Shown in pieces: positions 14,013 through 26,592 of a DNA stretch of 64,000 nucleotides. Source of the stretch: Eledone cirrhosa (Eukaryota); NCBI GenBank assembly GCA_964016885.1, contig OZ024740.1:118234001-118298000 (forward strand), read 5' to 3'. How positions within the stretch are numbered: the first letter of the stretch is position 1; each line of letters opens with the position of its first letter. The position numbers and the translations under genes were made by a program. The notes beneath the pieces were generated by a model. That model worked only from the letters and a program-made list of their open reading frames with translations. It made no database searches and had not been told where the DNA came from.

Positions 14013-14920
14013 TTTCTATTTATTTACCACGAGGGCACAAAAGAAGGGGACAAATACAAGGGGGGGAGGAGTTTACATAAAGGTACGAGTAAAAAATAAA
14101 TAACAAATATAAAATTAACAATACAGTCCTCAATAGGGAGGAGGCGTTTTGGGGGTTACACACACCCCCGAAAAAGTGTGCAACCCTTTTCCTTAGGAGC
14201 ACAGAGAGGGGATGCTCGTTTGCACTTCCACCTTTCCACCTACAGGCTGATAAAGAGAGGAAGCCTATTCACACGGCACATTCTCGCTACTTTCACCCAC
14301 CTTTCATAAAACTTGCTGGGGTAGCGCGCCTCTCTCTCCATTCTGATACTTCTCTTAAAATGGTATTTAAAGAAAAGGACCAGTTGTTTGCCGGAGAGAA
14401 AGGTGTCCGACCTCAGCCCTTTCAAACGTGTCCACCATATCACCTCTTTCACCATGGCTATTACACAGGGGAAGGCCGCCTCTCTTTCATTTTTGAAGGG
14501 GGGAGGCGGCTTGATCGTTACAATGGACTCAGTGGTCATCCGGATTGGTCCCACTCGTGACAGCAGTCGTTCGACACAGCCCCACAGATCGGCACGCCCG
14601 AGCAGTGTACCAATGCGTGCGCAACGGTTTCCTCATCGCGCACGCATCTGGGACATATTTTTTTCGAGGGCGCCCGTGTCTGTAGAGCTTTTCTCGAACG
14701 GACAGAGCCCCTCGATAGCTCTGCCAGGCCAGGGACTTATGGAAATTGTCCATCGGTCCCTGGCCAAATGTCCTCCCGAATAGGCTGGCCAGTTCGTCTT
14801 CCTCCATGCCTAGGGCTTGTCCGAGGGCGTTGTCGCACCTACTAACCACCAGCCCTATATAGAATGACGAGGTGGAGTCTCCACCGATAGCCGGGTCCGC
14901 CTGCCAGAGAGCCATGAGCA
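14011..14920 (-). mobile_element. 5'-truncated L1/Tx1-type LINE 3' fragment (zf-RVT region)
   Basis: Joined frames give LAWQ..RGALSVREKL...CPRC..EETVAHALVHC (CCHC zf-RVT) and VIAMVKEVIWWTR. GC-rich, ends AATAAATAGAAAC, flanked by (TA)n on both sides. Confidence 0.8.
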
Positions 14921-15845
14921 TATATATACACCTAGTTAGCAGGGAAAATGGACATTAAATGATGATGATGATGATGATGATATAAACGTATATTCATTGC
15001 CACTATACATATGTTATATAAATACATACATACATTCACATATATATCTATAAATACACAAGTACATTGATATCTATAGTCACATACATTTATGTATGTG
15101 TATGAAATTTGATGAATCATGAGATTATAGCTTGATTCAACAGATATATATGTATGCATATATAAGTGTGTATCTCTGCATAAGTTTGTAAGTGTGCATA
15201 TGAGTGAATATCAATGTGCATATATGTTCATAGAAGCACAAAACAGCTATTTATTTAGTCCATTTTATTATCAATTATTCGTGTGTACCATGAAGGTGAG
15301 TAGCTTAATGGTTTGGGTGTTCAGCTCTAGATGGTAAGCTCTTCAGTATGATTTCCAGAAATGTGTTTACTCCTTGAGTGAGGCATTTTATTTCACATTG
15401 CTCCAGTCCATTCAGCTGCAGAAAAACAGCTGTACCACAGGGAATTCCCCTAATAATTACATTAATATTATAAGCCAGTCATACTGTTGTTGAAACAAAT
15501 GGAACATGTTATTGTAACCGATAGAGATTCACCAAGAACATTCTAGATTTTTATTCACATTTCTTTCGCTTACTTCCCTCAATCCACTGCCCATTCACAG
15601 CCAAGCATGATCTATCTGACGTCAGATCAAATGAACAATTTAATTAAAATTGATATCTTTGCATAAACTATTGATGGTATTCAATTTATTTTATTTTAGA
15701 ACTTCTTTCTTCGAATTTTACAAACATATATGTATGTGTCTATATATAAACAAGCACACAAATGCACGCAAACACACATATATATATACCTACATACATA
15801 CGTATGTTTACATTTACATACAAACATATATATATATATATATAT

Positions 15846-16033
15846 AATTGTTTCTACGTTAGGCACAAGGCCAGCAATTACCCAGTGCATTACTGGTACT
15901 TTATTTTATCGACCCCGTAGGGATGAAAGGCAAAGTTAACCTCAGCGGGATTTGAACTCAGAATGGCAAGGGCCGTAACTCTATACGTCAAAGCATGGCG
16001 TCCGACCCTCTCCCAATACTGCCAATCCGCCGG
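15846..16033 (-). mobile_element. tRNA-derived SINE with Nin/Deu-like central domain
   Basis: A box TGGCAGTATTGG, B box GAGTTCAAATCC, CTTTGCCTTTCATCC..GGGGTCGATAAAATAAAGTACCAG, tail GTAGAAACAATTA. Confidence 0.85.
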
Positions 16034-16296
16034 CACATACATATGAATGCAATTATGTAGACACAAATGCATAGACACATACATATGAAGAATGTAATTT
16101 GAAATTTCCCTTGGTCTTAGTCATTTAAATGCAAAGACATGTTCTTCAAGTGTTGCACATTATATGCATGAACACATATATATGAATGTGCATGCGCTTG
16201 CACATATATACATACGAATACACAGATACGTATAAAAATATCACTCGTCTCAAATACACACACACAGATACCACATATACTCAAAAACATACATAT

Positions 16297-16351
<55 letters not shown>

Positions 16352-16704
16352 AATACAACTTTATATTGACTAATAACATGTAAGTGTAATTTTGTAGGTG
16401 GAAATTATTCAGAAGCCTGTTGTATAATAGTTAGGAAAGCAGAAAATTGCTTATTGTAATCCAGTTCGTGGTTAATCCAGTTTCTTTGACGGTTTCCGAC
16501 GTACGGTTAGAGGTAACTCCGCAAGTTTGCAAGAATGTGGTTAGTAAATCACGTTCAATCTTGGAGTATAAAGAATAAAAGAGAAAACACAGGTAAGCAT
16601 TAAAAGAAGGATTTTATCCAGGTATTCACGACCGTTTCATTGGTAAGCGCAATCTTATATCGCTATACTGCAAATAGCAGCCACTCGATAATAACTGTTA
16701 TTCA

Positions 16705-18465
16705 CCTCCAAATTTCTCTCCCTTATTATGAAGCATTTCCCTCCAGCACATAAATATAGTAACATTTTTAATAGAAATACCATTAACATTTTTTACTCTA
16801 CGAATCCTAACCTTGCACATAACATCACAGCTTCAAATTTAGCTAAATTACCTATCTGTAGGAACACGTGCAACCCTGTAGCTAGTACTAACCGTAATTG
16901 TAAGAATAGGGTTGATTGCACCCTGTCCGGGAAATGATTCTCTAGTAAAATTGTCTACAAATGTAGGGTTGAAACACCCACGTCCCGTAGGGCCTACATA
17001 GAGTTAACCGCCAATAGATTCAAGCAGCGTCTTTACATGCATACCCATTCTTTTCTTAACCCTTTAAGAAGGAATATGACGTCACTTTCAGCTTATATCT
17101 GGAGTCTAAAAGGCAACCACACACAATATAATTTACACTGGGAGATCCTAGCTACGGCTAGATCGTATAACGGAAATAAAAGACCATGTGACCTCTGCGC
17201 CGCCGAGGCCCTGGAAATACTCTACGCCAAAGACCACATCTTAAACAAAAAATCTGAGGCAATTTCGGTTTGTAAACATAAATTGCACGAAATTTTCCTA
17301 TATTACAGACCTACATTATATCCTAACGGATATTACGAACTATACGCGGATATTTTACGTCTTGATGTGGTAGCTAAGTATATGTTATATTAATACCATT
17401 ACTTATTCGTATAAGTAAGTATATATTACCTGTATGTTTTGTGAAGGTACGTATACTTTCTCGAACGTATATTTGCTTGTATATATTATTGGCCTATATA
17501 TTATATATACTGGTACATATGCATTTTTTTATGTGTATACGTGAGTTTTGCGCCTGTGTGAGTATGCGGGTTCGTACGTATGTAGGGTGTGTGTATATGT
17601 GTACTTTGTGTTTTGGTTGACGTACGTCCGCGAACATATGTGTATTTACATGTAGGTGTGTGTGTACACGCGTTATATACGTATTTATGTGTGTATATTT
17701 ATATACGTTTATTTAATTATGTATACACGCACACACACACACACTAATGTATATGTATATATGTTTTTATAAATATTTTTAATTGTATTTGGTGTATACG
17801 TTCGTACGTGTGCGGGAACAGACGTTGCGTGGGTTCTGTATGTGCGTGCGTGTTATTTTTTGTTTTTTATCGTGTACGTGCTTGCATTTGCATACTCATG
17901 GAGAGTGTTTTCGCGTATGCTTGTGTATGTACGTATATGGATGCGTGTATGTATATATTTAATTTCAATTACCTCTGTATTTTATTTACTTTATTCTTAA
18001 CTCTGAAGCTGAGAATCATTTGGTTTCCTACTTAGAATTTTAGTCTACGACTTCAGTTGTACCATTTAGGTGGTTTTGTCTTTGCTTGTAATTGTTCTCA
18101 TTGGTCCACATAATGACGTATTATCTTCGTTTTTTCCGTTCATTGCCAGAGAACGTCTCCATGAACCACCTAATAGAATATTAGTCTACGACTTCATTTA
18201 TACCATAAACGTAGTTTTGTCTTTCCGTGTAATTGTTTTCCACCGCTCCAAATATTGACGTATTATCTTCGTTTTTTTTTTTGTTCTTTGCCAGGGAACG
18301 TTTCCACGAACCAAAGTATCGTCTTCCTGTCTTCCTTCGGCTGCAACGTCTTTTGAAATATTTACTTCTGCGTTCACAGATTGACTTTTTTAGTTTCAGA
18401 AGATTCCGTTAAGGGTGAAAGTAGCGATTCTTTGCTAAAACTTTAATCTGTTATTTTAATAAATA
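16705..18465 (+). mobile_element. 5'-truncated Hydra-like PLE (linker + GIY-YIG + long 3' UTR), same family as 33217-35338
   Basis: KHFPP.HKY..IFNRNTI, IVYKC..AYI.LTANRFKQR, LSAYIW, RPCDLCAAE..CKHK. The 3' UTR has a ~140-bp tandem duplication (18041-18315), then an HHR motif and AATAAA before (TA)n. Confidence 0.85.
18392..18442 (+). ncRNA. Type I hammerhead-like motif with a full stem III and CAGAAGA core
   Basis: AGTTT-CAGAAGA-TTCC GTTAA GGGT-GAA-AGTA GCGATTCTT TGCT-A-AAACT. Stem I is 5 bp, stem III 4 bp, cleavage triplet CUA. A truncated sister copy lies at ~12443-12490 (-). Confidence 0.55.
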
Positions 18466-18489
18466 TATATATATATATAGAGAGAGAGA

Positions 18490-18847
18490 GGTTATATTTA
18501 ATTTGTTGGCATACAACAGGCAAAATATTTTTATAACTCATATAAAGCACTCAACAAATTATTTCTTTTTTCCCTATTCCAACGGTTTAATTGAAATATA
18601 CTGTTATTTAAACCTTTTCGACACTAATTTGCATAATAAACCAACAATAAATCTAATAACTCCACTATCCACGAGATTCCAACCAGAATGCTTGCATTTT
18701 TTCAGGGTATGTCAATATTTATTTATAAAACTAAACTATATTATATTTTATCTGATGAAAGCTCATCATAGTTTGACTTGGTGGCCCTTGAAATATGTAT
18801 AATGAAATAAATATGGTTTTATAAATATAGTTTCCTTTTGTAAATAT

Positions 18848-18850
<3 letters not shown>
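18490..18850 (+). mobile_element. PLE pLTR/3'-end fragment with HHR-like motif at 18744-18809
   Basis: Aligns by eye with ~3340-3610; CTGATGA..GAAATATGTA..AATAAA; bounded by microsatellites. Confidence 0.65.
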
Positions 18851-18880
<30 letters not shown>

Positions 18881-18883
<3 letters not shown>

Positions 18884-20930
18884 GGAAAAATGTGAACAGG
18901 GACAAAACAGAGAGGCAGTACAATAAATGTTTATTAATTTCACGCTCAGGAGAGGGGGGGGTAGGTGGGGGACGACGTTTCGGGCATAAGCCCTTCCTCA
19001 GGTGAGAAGTGTGTGGGAACAGAGTTCAAAAGGCGTGTAGGGGAGTGGTGGAGAGACATATAGCGAAAGGAAACGGTGCGAATGAAAAATTAACAAATAA
19101 AGATAAAAAAAAAAATAAAGCATGATCAAAATACAAGGAATGAGAAAATTTAAAAATAAAGGCATGATCAAAATAAACTGAAATTAAAAGGGGGGTAAAC
19201 AGGTGGTGGAAGGGTGTGGGGTGAGTAGGGGTGGTGGCGGGTGGAGTGGGGAGAGGGAGACGGGGTGTCCGAGCGGGGAGGGCTGAAGGTGGTGTGTGTG
19301 TGTAGGTGTGCGTGTGTGTGTGTGTGGGTGAGTTATATAGGTGATGACGTAAGAGGATGGTTGAAAAATTGGTAAGTTCCAAGGATGTTTGAAGGATTGG
19401 TTATAAGTCAATTTCTGCGTGTGGGTAATCCATGAAGCGGTGGTCGGAAGAGGAGAGATGTGGGGTGCGCGCGCAACAGGAAGTGGTCAGCAGTGGGAGT
19501 GCTGTGGTCTGTTGGTGCTGGGAGGTGGTCAGAAGGGCATAGCAGCAGTCGGTGGAATGGTAATGGGGCGAGGATGGGTAGGTGTGAAAGTTGGAGTGAG
19601 GAGGGTGTGTGTGTGTGTGTGTGTATTAGTAGGGGTGTTAGTGGGATGAGTGAGTGTGGAGCGGGGGTGTGGGTGGAGCGGGGAGAGAAGGGTGTGTGTG
19701 GTTCTATGGAGGGAGTGTGGTGTACTGGTGTGTGTGTAGTTTGGTGAAGAGGTGTTAGTGGGTGTTAGTATACGGGAGGTGGGGAGGGGTTGAATGCAGG
19801 TGTGAGTGGGGGTTAGTGCTGGTAGGGTGTGTAGAGTTGGTGGTGTACGAAGGTGTGTGGGTACGTGTGCGTGGGGTTGGGGGGTGTTAGTGATGTTAGT
19901 TGCGTGTGGGGTGGGTGGTGTAAGTGGGTGCGTGTGTGCGTGTGATAAGGAGGGGGGAGGAGGAGAAGAGGGGAGGGAAGGGATGTTAGTATGTTAGCTG
20001 GGGAAGGGTGGTCAGATGAGGGGTGGAGTGGAGGTGTTAGTATTGTTAGTGTGGGGTGGGCGGTGAAAAGGAGGGGTGTGTTAGTGGTGTTAGTGGGGGA
20101 TAAGTGTGGGGGGAAGGGGGGCGGTCGAACGCTAAAGGAATAAGGGTGGGGAGTTCAGGCCGGGGGGAGTGTGGGTCTGTAAGATGAAGATAGTTCGTTG
20201 TTCGACCGTAAGGCGATGGGCGGGTGTTCCGTGGCACTGGAGTAGGCCACAGACTGTGAGATGGCGTGCGGAGTGTCCAGGGCCACCAAAGTGGCGGGCG
20301 ATGGGGGAACTGCCCCCGAGACGAATATCCCGGAGGTGCTCCGTGACTCGGTCCGCCAGGCGACGTCCCGTCTGTCCGACATAAGTCCGTAGACTAGGTT
20401 GGAGGAGGTGCAGCGGAAGGCATGCCGGACCGAGAGAGAGTGGCCGTTGGGACCCTGGAAGGTGGTGGTGTTGGTGATGTGGAGGCAGGTGTTGCAGCGG
20501 GGCCTAGAACAGGGAAAGGAACCGGGGGGAAACAGAGCGTGGGTTGGGGGGTAGGGAGCTGTGGACGAGGAGGGTGCGGAGATTGCGTGCGCGTTTGAAG
20601 GAGGGGAGTGGTGGGGTTGGGAAGATGTGGGAGGTGGAGGGGTCGGACTGGAGGCGTCGGATGGTGCGGTGGAGGGGTAAGGTGGAGGGGTGGTAGGTGA
20701 TGGGGAAGGGGAGACGGTGGGTGGGTGTGCGGTGGCGTGGGGTGAGGGTGGTGGAGCGGGGGACAGCACGGGCGCGGGTGAGAGCGGTGTAGACGAGAGA
20801 GGGGGGTAACCTCTGCGGATGAAATGCCTGACTATGGAAAGGGCCTGGGACTCGAAGTCAGCATCACGGCTACAGCGGCGGCGGATCCTGAGAAGTTGGG
20901 AGTAGGGAATGGAGTGTTTAGTGTGGGTAA
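18881..20930 (-). mobile_element. 5'-truncated Neptune-like PLE (RT thumb, Zn linker, GIY-YIG, C-rich 3' UTR)
   Basis: Minus strand THTKHSIPYSQLLRIRRRCS, PCSRPRCNTC, FRCTSSNLVY, YVGQTGRRLADRVTEH. GC-rich, flanked by (TA)n. Confidence 0.85.
18967..19006 (-). ncRNA. Penelope-type minimal hammerhead core
   Basis: CTGAGGA-A-GGGC TTAT GCCC-GAAAC GTC GTC. I could not find an adjacent 3' strand for stem I. AATAAA lies about 35 nt downstream. Confidence 0.65.
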
Positions 20931-20961
<31 letters not shown>

Positions 20962-21104
20962 AGAATTGAAATACTAGAGTGTGTTGGAGTTAAACACCCT
21001 CTTCGTATTATAGAAATGACAGTAAAGGTATAGCTCAATGTAATTAAACAGAGCCGAAGAATTATGAAAATAAACCAAAGAAGCCTTCAATACATCAAAA
21101 GTCT

Positions 21105-21154
21105 TTATTAGCCAACAATGTTTCGTCCTATTAAGGACTCATCAGGGCAATTAA
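21105..21154 (-). ncRNA. Minimal type I hammerhead ribozyme with canonical core
   Basis: GCC-CTGATGA-GTCC TTAATA GGAC-GAAAC ATT GTT-GGC then TAATAAA. All core nucleotides are intact. It ends an AT-rich PLE-like 3' UTR (~20960-22320). Confidence 0.8.
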
Positions 21155-23089
21155 AGCTATAAGAAGCACTATCAGCCAATACAAGCCGAAAACTCAGAAG
21201 GATATGGAGTGTACATAGATTAAATCATAGGAAAATAATCGGGTAAAAATTATCAAGTAAAAACTTATCAAATGAAAATTGCTAAGGAAGTAAGTAACAT
21301 TTTGAACCATATTACAAATATAGTCCAATGCAAAAACTAGAGCTAAAACAGAGGTGGTGATATAGAGCGGGAATTATTGTACTATATATAATATAATATA
21401 ATATAATATAATATAATATAATTAATAATGATAATAATAATAATGTTAAAAGGCCCAATATACATATATATATATATATACATATGTACACATATATACA
21501 TATATATCAATACACATTGCCATCAATAGAAGCACAAACTAACCCTTATTAAGAGTTTCAATATAAATAAGAATAAGAATAATAAAAATAAAAATAAAAA
21601 TACAAATGAAAATAAAATAAAAATATAATACATTTAATATTTACATTATAAAATGAAGAATAAATAATTAAAAGTAAGCATAAAATATATAATAAACTAT
21701 ATAATTATATAATAGATAATCTCAGGTTAATTTGCACAAACAATATAAATGTTACAATAACACTAAAATCACAATATTATAATATAATGGCAAATAACTT
21801 AACAAATCATATAGAGTTACAGTCAGGGTGAGAAAAAATATTGTACAGAACTAAATTATATTGGAAAAATTATGTTGGAAAAATATCAAAACCATTGCAA
21901 GAAAATAGATCAAATTTCTATACAGTTGGTGTAAATAAATATTATCCAAACATTACAAGAATTATAAAAATATAAACATATTACAGGATTTACAGAATTT
22001 AACATAACATAATGGTACAATTAATAATCGGTAAATAATAATGATCAGTAGTACGTTTACAAAGTGTGGAATGATATAAAATTTCAATATAAAATATTGA
22101 ACATAGTATAATATACATAATTACATGGTTGGTGGAGAGACATTTGTGAATAAGTGAATGAAAGCCAGACAGACAGACTACGCACGGTAGTATATATAAA
22201 TAAATACAATCAACCGGAAATCGAAAAACAAAAACAAAAGTATTTACTTAGGTGTCGCATGCAGTTAAGTAAAAAAATTAGGAAACAAACCCGGATAAAT
22301 GACTAGAAAACCCTATAATATACAAAAAAGGTTTTTAATCTCATTGCTGACAGTTGTTACTCTGAACTGGTAGGTCTAGAGATCGCTATTCGCTTGTTTT
22401 CACGTTACTCGATCGCCAATACAAAATTATAACCAGTCAGTTCTTCGGAGCATGCGAGAATGAAGAGGATATACAGGCCTGAAAGCAATATACAGGCTAC
22501 TATATGAAGTAGTAATGGCATTCAGTTAGAACAATAACAACAATTACAACAATGCTAGAAATAAATTATTTGAGGAGACCCTGACATTACATTTATTACT
22601 AGCATTGTTGTAATTGTTGTTATTGTTCTAACTGAATGCCATTACTACTTCATATAGTAGCCTGTATATTCCTTTCATGCCTGTATATCGTCTTCATTCT
22701 CGCATGCTCCGAAGAACTGACTGGTTATAATTTTGTATTGGCGATCGCGAAACGTGAAAACAAGCGAATAGCGATCTCTAGACCTACCAGTTCAGAGAAA
22801 CAATTATCAGCAATGAGATTAAAAACCTTTTTTGTATAGCAAACCATGTCAATTTTCTTTCCTGATTTATTATTACTCCAAGTGTTTACAACATAGGAAT
22901 TACAGCATACTCGCAACATCACTATGAAAACGCCTTGTTGAGTCAAACCAAGCCAAGCGTTTATATCATCCACTACCCGGAATACCATAACTGGACTACA
23001 CCTAAGTGGACTGCATATAACTATTATTTGTTACCCCGTATATTTAGCTCCCACCTGGTCGAGAAACACCATTAACGCACAGCAACAAC

Positions 23090-25493
23090 ATGGAGAAGCA
23101 CCGTATAGGAATGTCACTGAAAAACATACCAGTACCTACAAAAAAGGACTATACACTGGGCATGATACAACGGACTAATGATTTCATCCGCAGGGTCCGA
23201 TGGAAAGCTTACCATTTCGACAAGGGACCGAATACTAACGCAAGGGAATTTTCCAAGGAGAATTACGGGTTTAAATCCTGCAGAAACCCGCCTAACAACC
23301 CCGCACTCGATGCCTTCGAGCTAGACCTTATGAACATGATAAGTGAAACTAAATTCAAAAAAGGAACAAATCACAACAAATTACAAAAAGACATGAATAC
23401 ACTACTAAAAAAACTAAAAGACACTAACGGTATCATAGTAAAAGCAGACAAAACATCTAACGTATACTCTATGGACATTAACACATACAATAGCTTTATC
23501 CAGCGTGAACTACATAAAAAATACAAAAAAACAAATGAATCTACACTCACCAGCATTAACGCGGAGGGCCTCAATATAGTTAATAAACTCGGAATTCCCG
23601 ATAGGACCGAACCGCTAACCCCGTGCAACCCAACATTTAACCTGAAGGATCACAAAAATAATTTTGAAACAAACCCCACCATTAGATTAATATGCCCATC
23701 CAAGTCAGACATAGGCAAAATTAACAAGAACATTCTAGATAGGGTAATCGCACAAATAAAGGGCAAACTAGAAATCAATTTATGGGGTAACACTAACGAG
23801 GCAATTGAATGGTTCAATAAAATACAAAATAGGGAGACGTGTAACTTCATACAATTTGATATAGACGACTACTATGCATCCATATCCCCAGCTACCCTAG
23901 ATAAGGCGCTTATATTTGCCCAAAATAACTCCGATCTTACCCATGATGAAATTGAAATAATAATAGCGGCTAGAAGGACTATCATAAAATTTGAAAATAG
24001 CTACTGGGTAAGAAAAGATAGGATAAACAGCTTCGATATAACAATGGGATCAAATGACTCTGCGCAAATCACAGATATCGTGGGGCTATTCATAGCACAC
24101 AACCTACATAAGGAATTCAGTAACCTCCAAGGAGGAATTTATAGGGACGACACGCTACTTATAGCTAGGAACCTAAACAACCAGAGCATGGAAAGATTAA
24201 GAAAAAGCATTAGAATATCCTTCAAAAAACTAGGCCTAAGCATTTACCTACGAACTGAACCATAAGAAGGTAAACTCTCTAGATGTGCCTCTAAATCTAA
24301 ATACGGGATTAATAGAATCTTTCCACAAAAATAATGAAAATCTAGCCTACATTAGTTACAACTCAAACCACCCCAAATCCATAATCAGATCCATAGCACG
24401 TAGTATATCCCTCCGAATATCCCGCTTATCCTCTAACCTAGAAATCTTTAACGAACATGCTGACTATTATAATGCAGCATTACGTAGGACCGGTCATAAA
24501 GATAAACTACAGTATATAGCGAATAAAGACAACGTAAACAATCTTAATAGCAACTACACCAACCGCTCACACAATAATAGAAGTAACTGGACTAGACATA
24601 GGGTTAGGCACGTAGCACCTAGAGTGAACGGTCAAAACACTAATAACGTAAACCCAAGAAACAATAGAAGAATCAGACAAACAAAATACCTATGGTTCAA
24701 CCCAATCTTCAACTCCTCTATAAAAACTAGACTGCCTTCTACATTCTTTAAACTAATAGATAAACACTTCCCTATTTCACATAGATATCATAAAATACTC
24801 AATAGAATTACTATAAAACTATCATACTCGACAGCAGCAAATATAGAATCACACATACGCAAGATCAACCACAGAAATATCTCTAGTAAATCAGCCGCAC
24901 CTATGCACAACGTAGCACCAAATTATAAGCGTAAACACATCACAGTATCACAACCGCAAGCGCATACAAACGCACAGCAGCAAAACCCCAATGGGTATAT
25001 ATCACAACCCACTTATAACAGAGTACTAAACAGCAATGTAGAAGCTGCACAAAATTGCACCTCAAACTGTAACTGTCACCTACCGGATAGGTGCTCATTG
25101 GCGAACAAATGTCTCGATTCGAGCCTAGTGTACATGTGCACGGTCAACTTGGATAACACCACCTGGAATTACATAGGATCCACCGCGGGTTCTTTTAAAA
25201 AAAGATGGTATGTGCACAGGCACTCGATGAAAAACCGTGCACTTATGGGTTCCACAACCCTCGCCAAAAAAATATAGGAACTGAAGGACAACAACACTAA
25301 CTACAGTATTAACTGGTCGAAGTTGTCGGCTGCTAAAACCTATAGTACAGGTATGTCCCACTGCGGGCTATGTGATCTAGAACTAATGTATATCCTCAAA
25401 AATGTAAAAAGGCTACCTAACAATAAGTTAGAAAGATCTATCTTCTGCAGTCATAGAATTGCCACCAAATTCATAAGATTCAAACCTCCGTGA
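23090..25493 (+). pseudogene. PLE reverse transcriptase + GIY-YIG endonuclease (~800 aa) with one frameshift and one premature stop
   Basis: SLKNIP, RWKA, ADKT, QFDIDDYYASI, FDITMGSNDSAQITDIVG, GIYRDD; +1 frameshift near 24245; SNHP; CNCHLPDRC..NKC; LVY..YIGST..FKKRW..H; TAG in place of TGG at 25275-25277; then CGLCDLE..FCSHR to TGA at 25491-25493. Confidence 0.92.
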
Positions 25494-26347
25494 ATCGAAC
25501 CAACATAACATAGCTTTAAACTAGGATACCCACTACCCTGCATAAATCACCACAGAAATATACTCATTAAGTACACTCTAGCCTTCACAGTTCTATACCA
25601 CACAAATGTCTGTAAGTACCTCATCAACCCATAAACTTACTCCTTCTCAGCTGCGGCCATCACTTGATCCTAAATCCAAGAATTTCTCAAATCACTACTA
25701 CAATGTAACTTTACCTTCCTTTTGCCATACTTACAGTCAGCATGTTTATCTCTTTGCATGTATGTATGTATTTGTACGAGTGTATATTGATGTGTATGTA
25801 TGTGTCTATGTACACGTGCGTGTGTATATATATATATATATATATATGTGTGTATATGTGTGTATATATATATATGTATATATTGCCTCCTTAACCTCTG
25901 TATTAATTTGCCCATTGTTTAGCTTTGACAGTGTTGTCCCATACATGTATGTTATTGAAGGTGATAAGAAAGACTGTATTCTCATTTAATGTAGACCAGA
26001 CAAACTCTACTCAATGATAAATACTTCGTCGGTCAGATAAATACTGAACATTACGGCCACCTGACCTACATTGTTGATAAACACCGGCTTATCTCTAAAA
26101 TTGATATAATACACCCTACGACACTCCTTACACGCCAACCTTATACTTCTGCTTATGTCAGCTAGTTTTACACGCCGAAATCTTAGATACACTATACCCC
26201 ACACCTAATGTAATGTCAGGGTCTCCTCAAATAATTTATTACTAGCATTGTTGTAATTGTTGTTATTGTTCTAACTGAATGCCATTACTACTTCATATAG
26301 TAGCCTGTATATTCCTTTCATGCCTGTATATCGTCTTCATTCTCGCA

Positions 26348-26455
26348 TGCTCCGAAGAACTGACTGGTTATAATATTGTATTGGCGATCAAGTAACGTGA
26401 AAACAAGCGAATAGCGATCTCTAGACCTACCAGTTCAGAGAAACAATTGTCAGCA
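26348..26455 (+). ncRNA. pLTR hammerhead-like motif with CCGAAGA core and 81-nt stem II region (copies at 22705-22812 + and 22345-22452 -)
   Basis: TGCT-CCGAAGA-A CTGA CTGGT...ACCAG T TCAG A-GAAAC AATT GTC-AGCA. Stem I is 4 bp and stem III is the palindrome ACAATTGT. Confidence 0.7.
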
Positions 26456-26511
26456 ATGAGATTAAAAACCTTTTTTGTATAGCAAACCCATGTCAATCTT
26501 CTTTCCTGATT

Positions 26512-26567
<56 letters not shown>

Positions 26568-26592
26568 ATATATATATATATGTATATTTATA

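Larger units (their letters stand above)
22320..26515 (+). mobile_element. Near full-length Hydra-like PLE: inverted pLTR, pLTR, ORF, pLTR
   Basis: Inverted pLTR 22320-22593, direct pLTRs 22592-22872 and ~26207-26515, the last running into (TA)n. A single RT + GIY-YIG reading frame lies between them. Confidence 0.93.

Noticed and set aside
16935-16937. In-frame TGA at a conserved Cys of the PLE linker, suggesting selenocysteine as in Naiad PLEs
   Set aside because: The sister copy has TGC at the same position (~34009), this copy has other lesions, the endonuclease is C-terminal rather than N-terminal as in Naiads, and I see no SECIS.
22592-26515. LTR retrotransposon interpretation of the direct repeats
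   Set aside because: No gag, protease, integrase, PBS or TG..CA ends; the RT and GIY-YIG identify a PLE with pseudo-LTRs.
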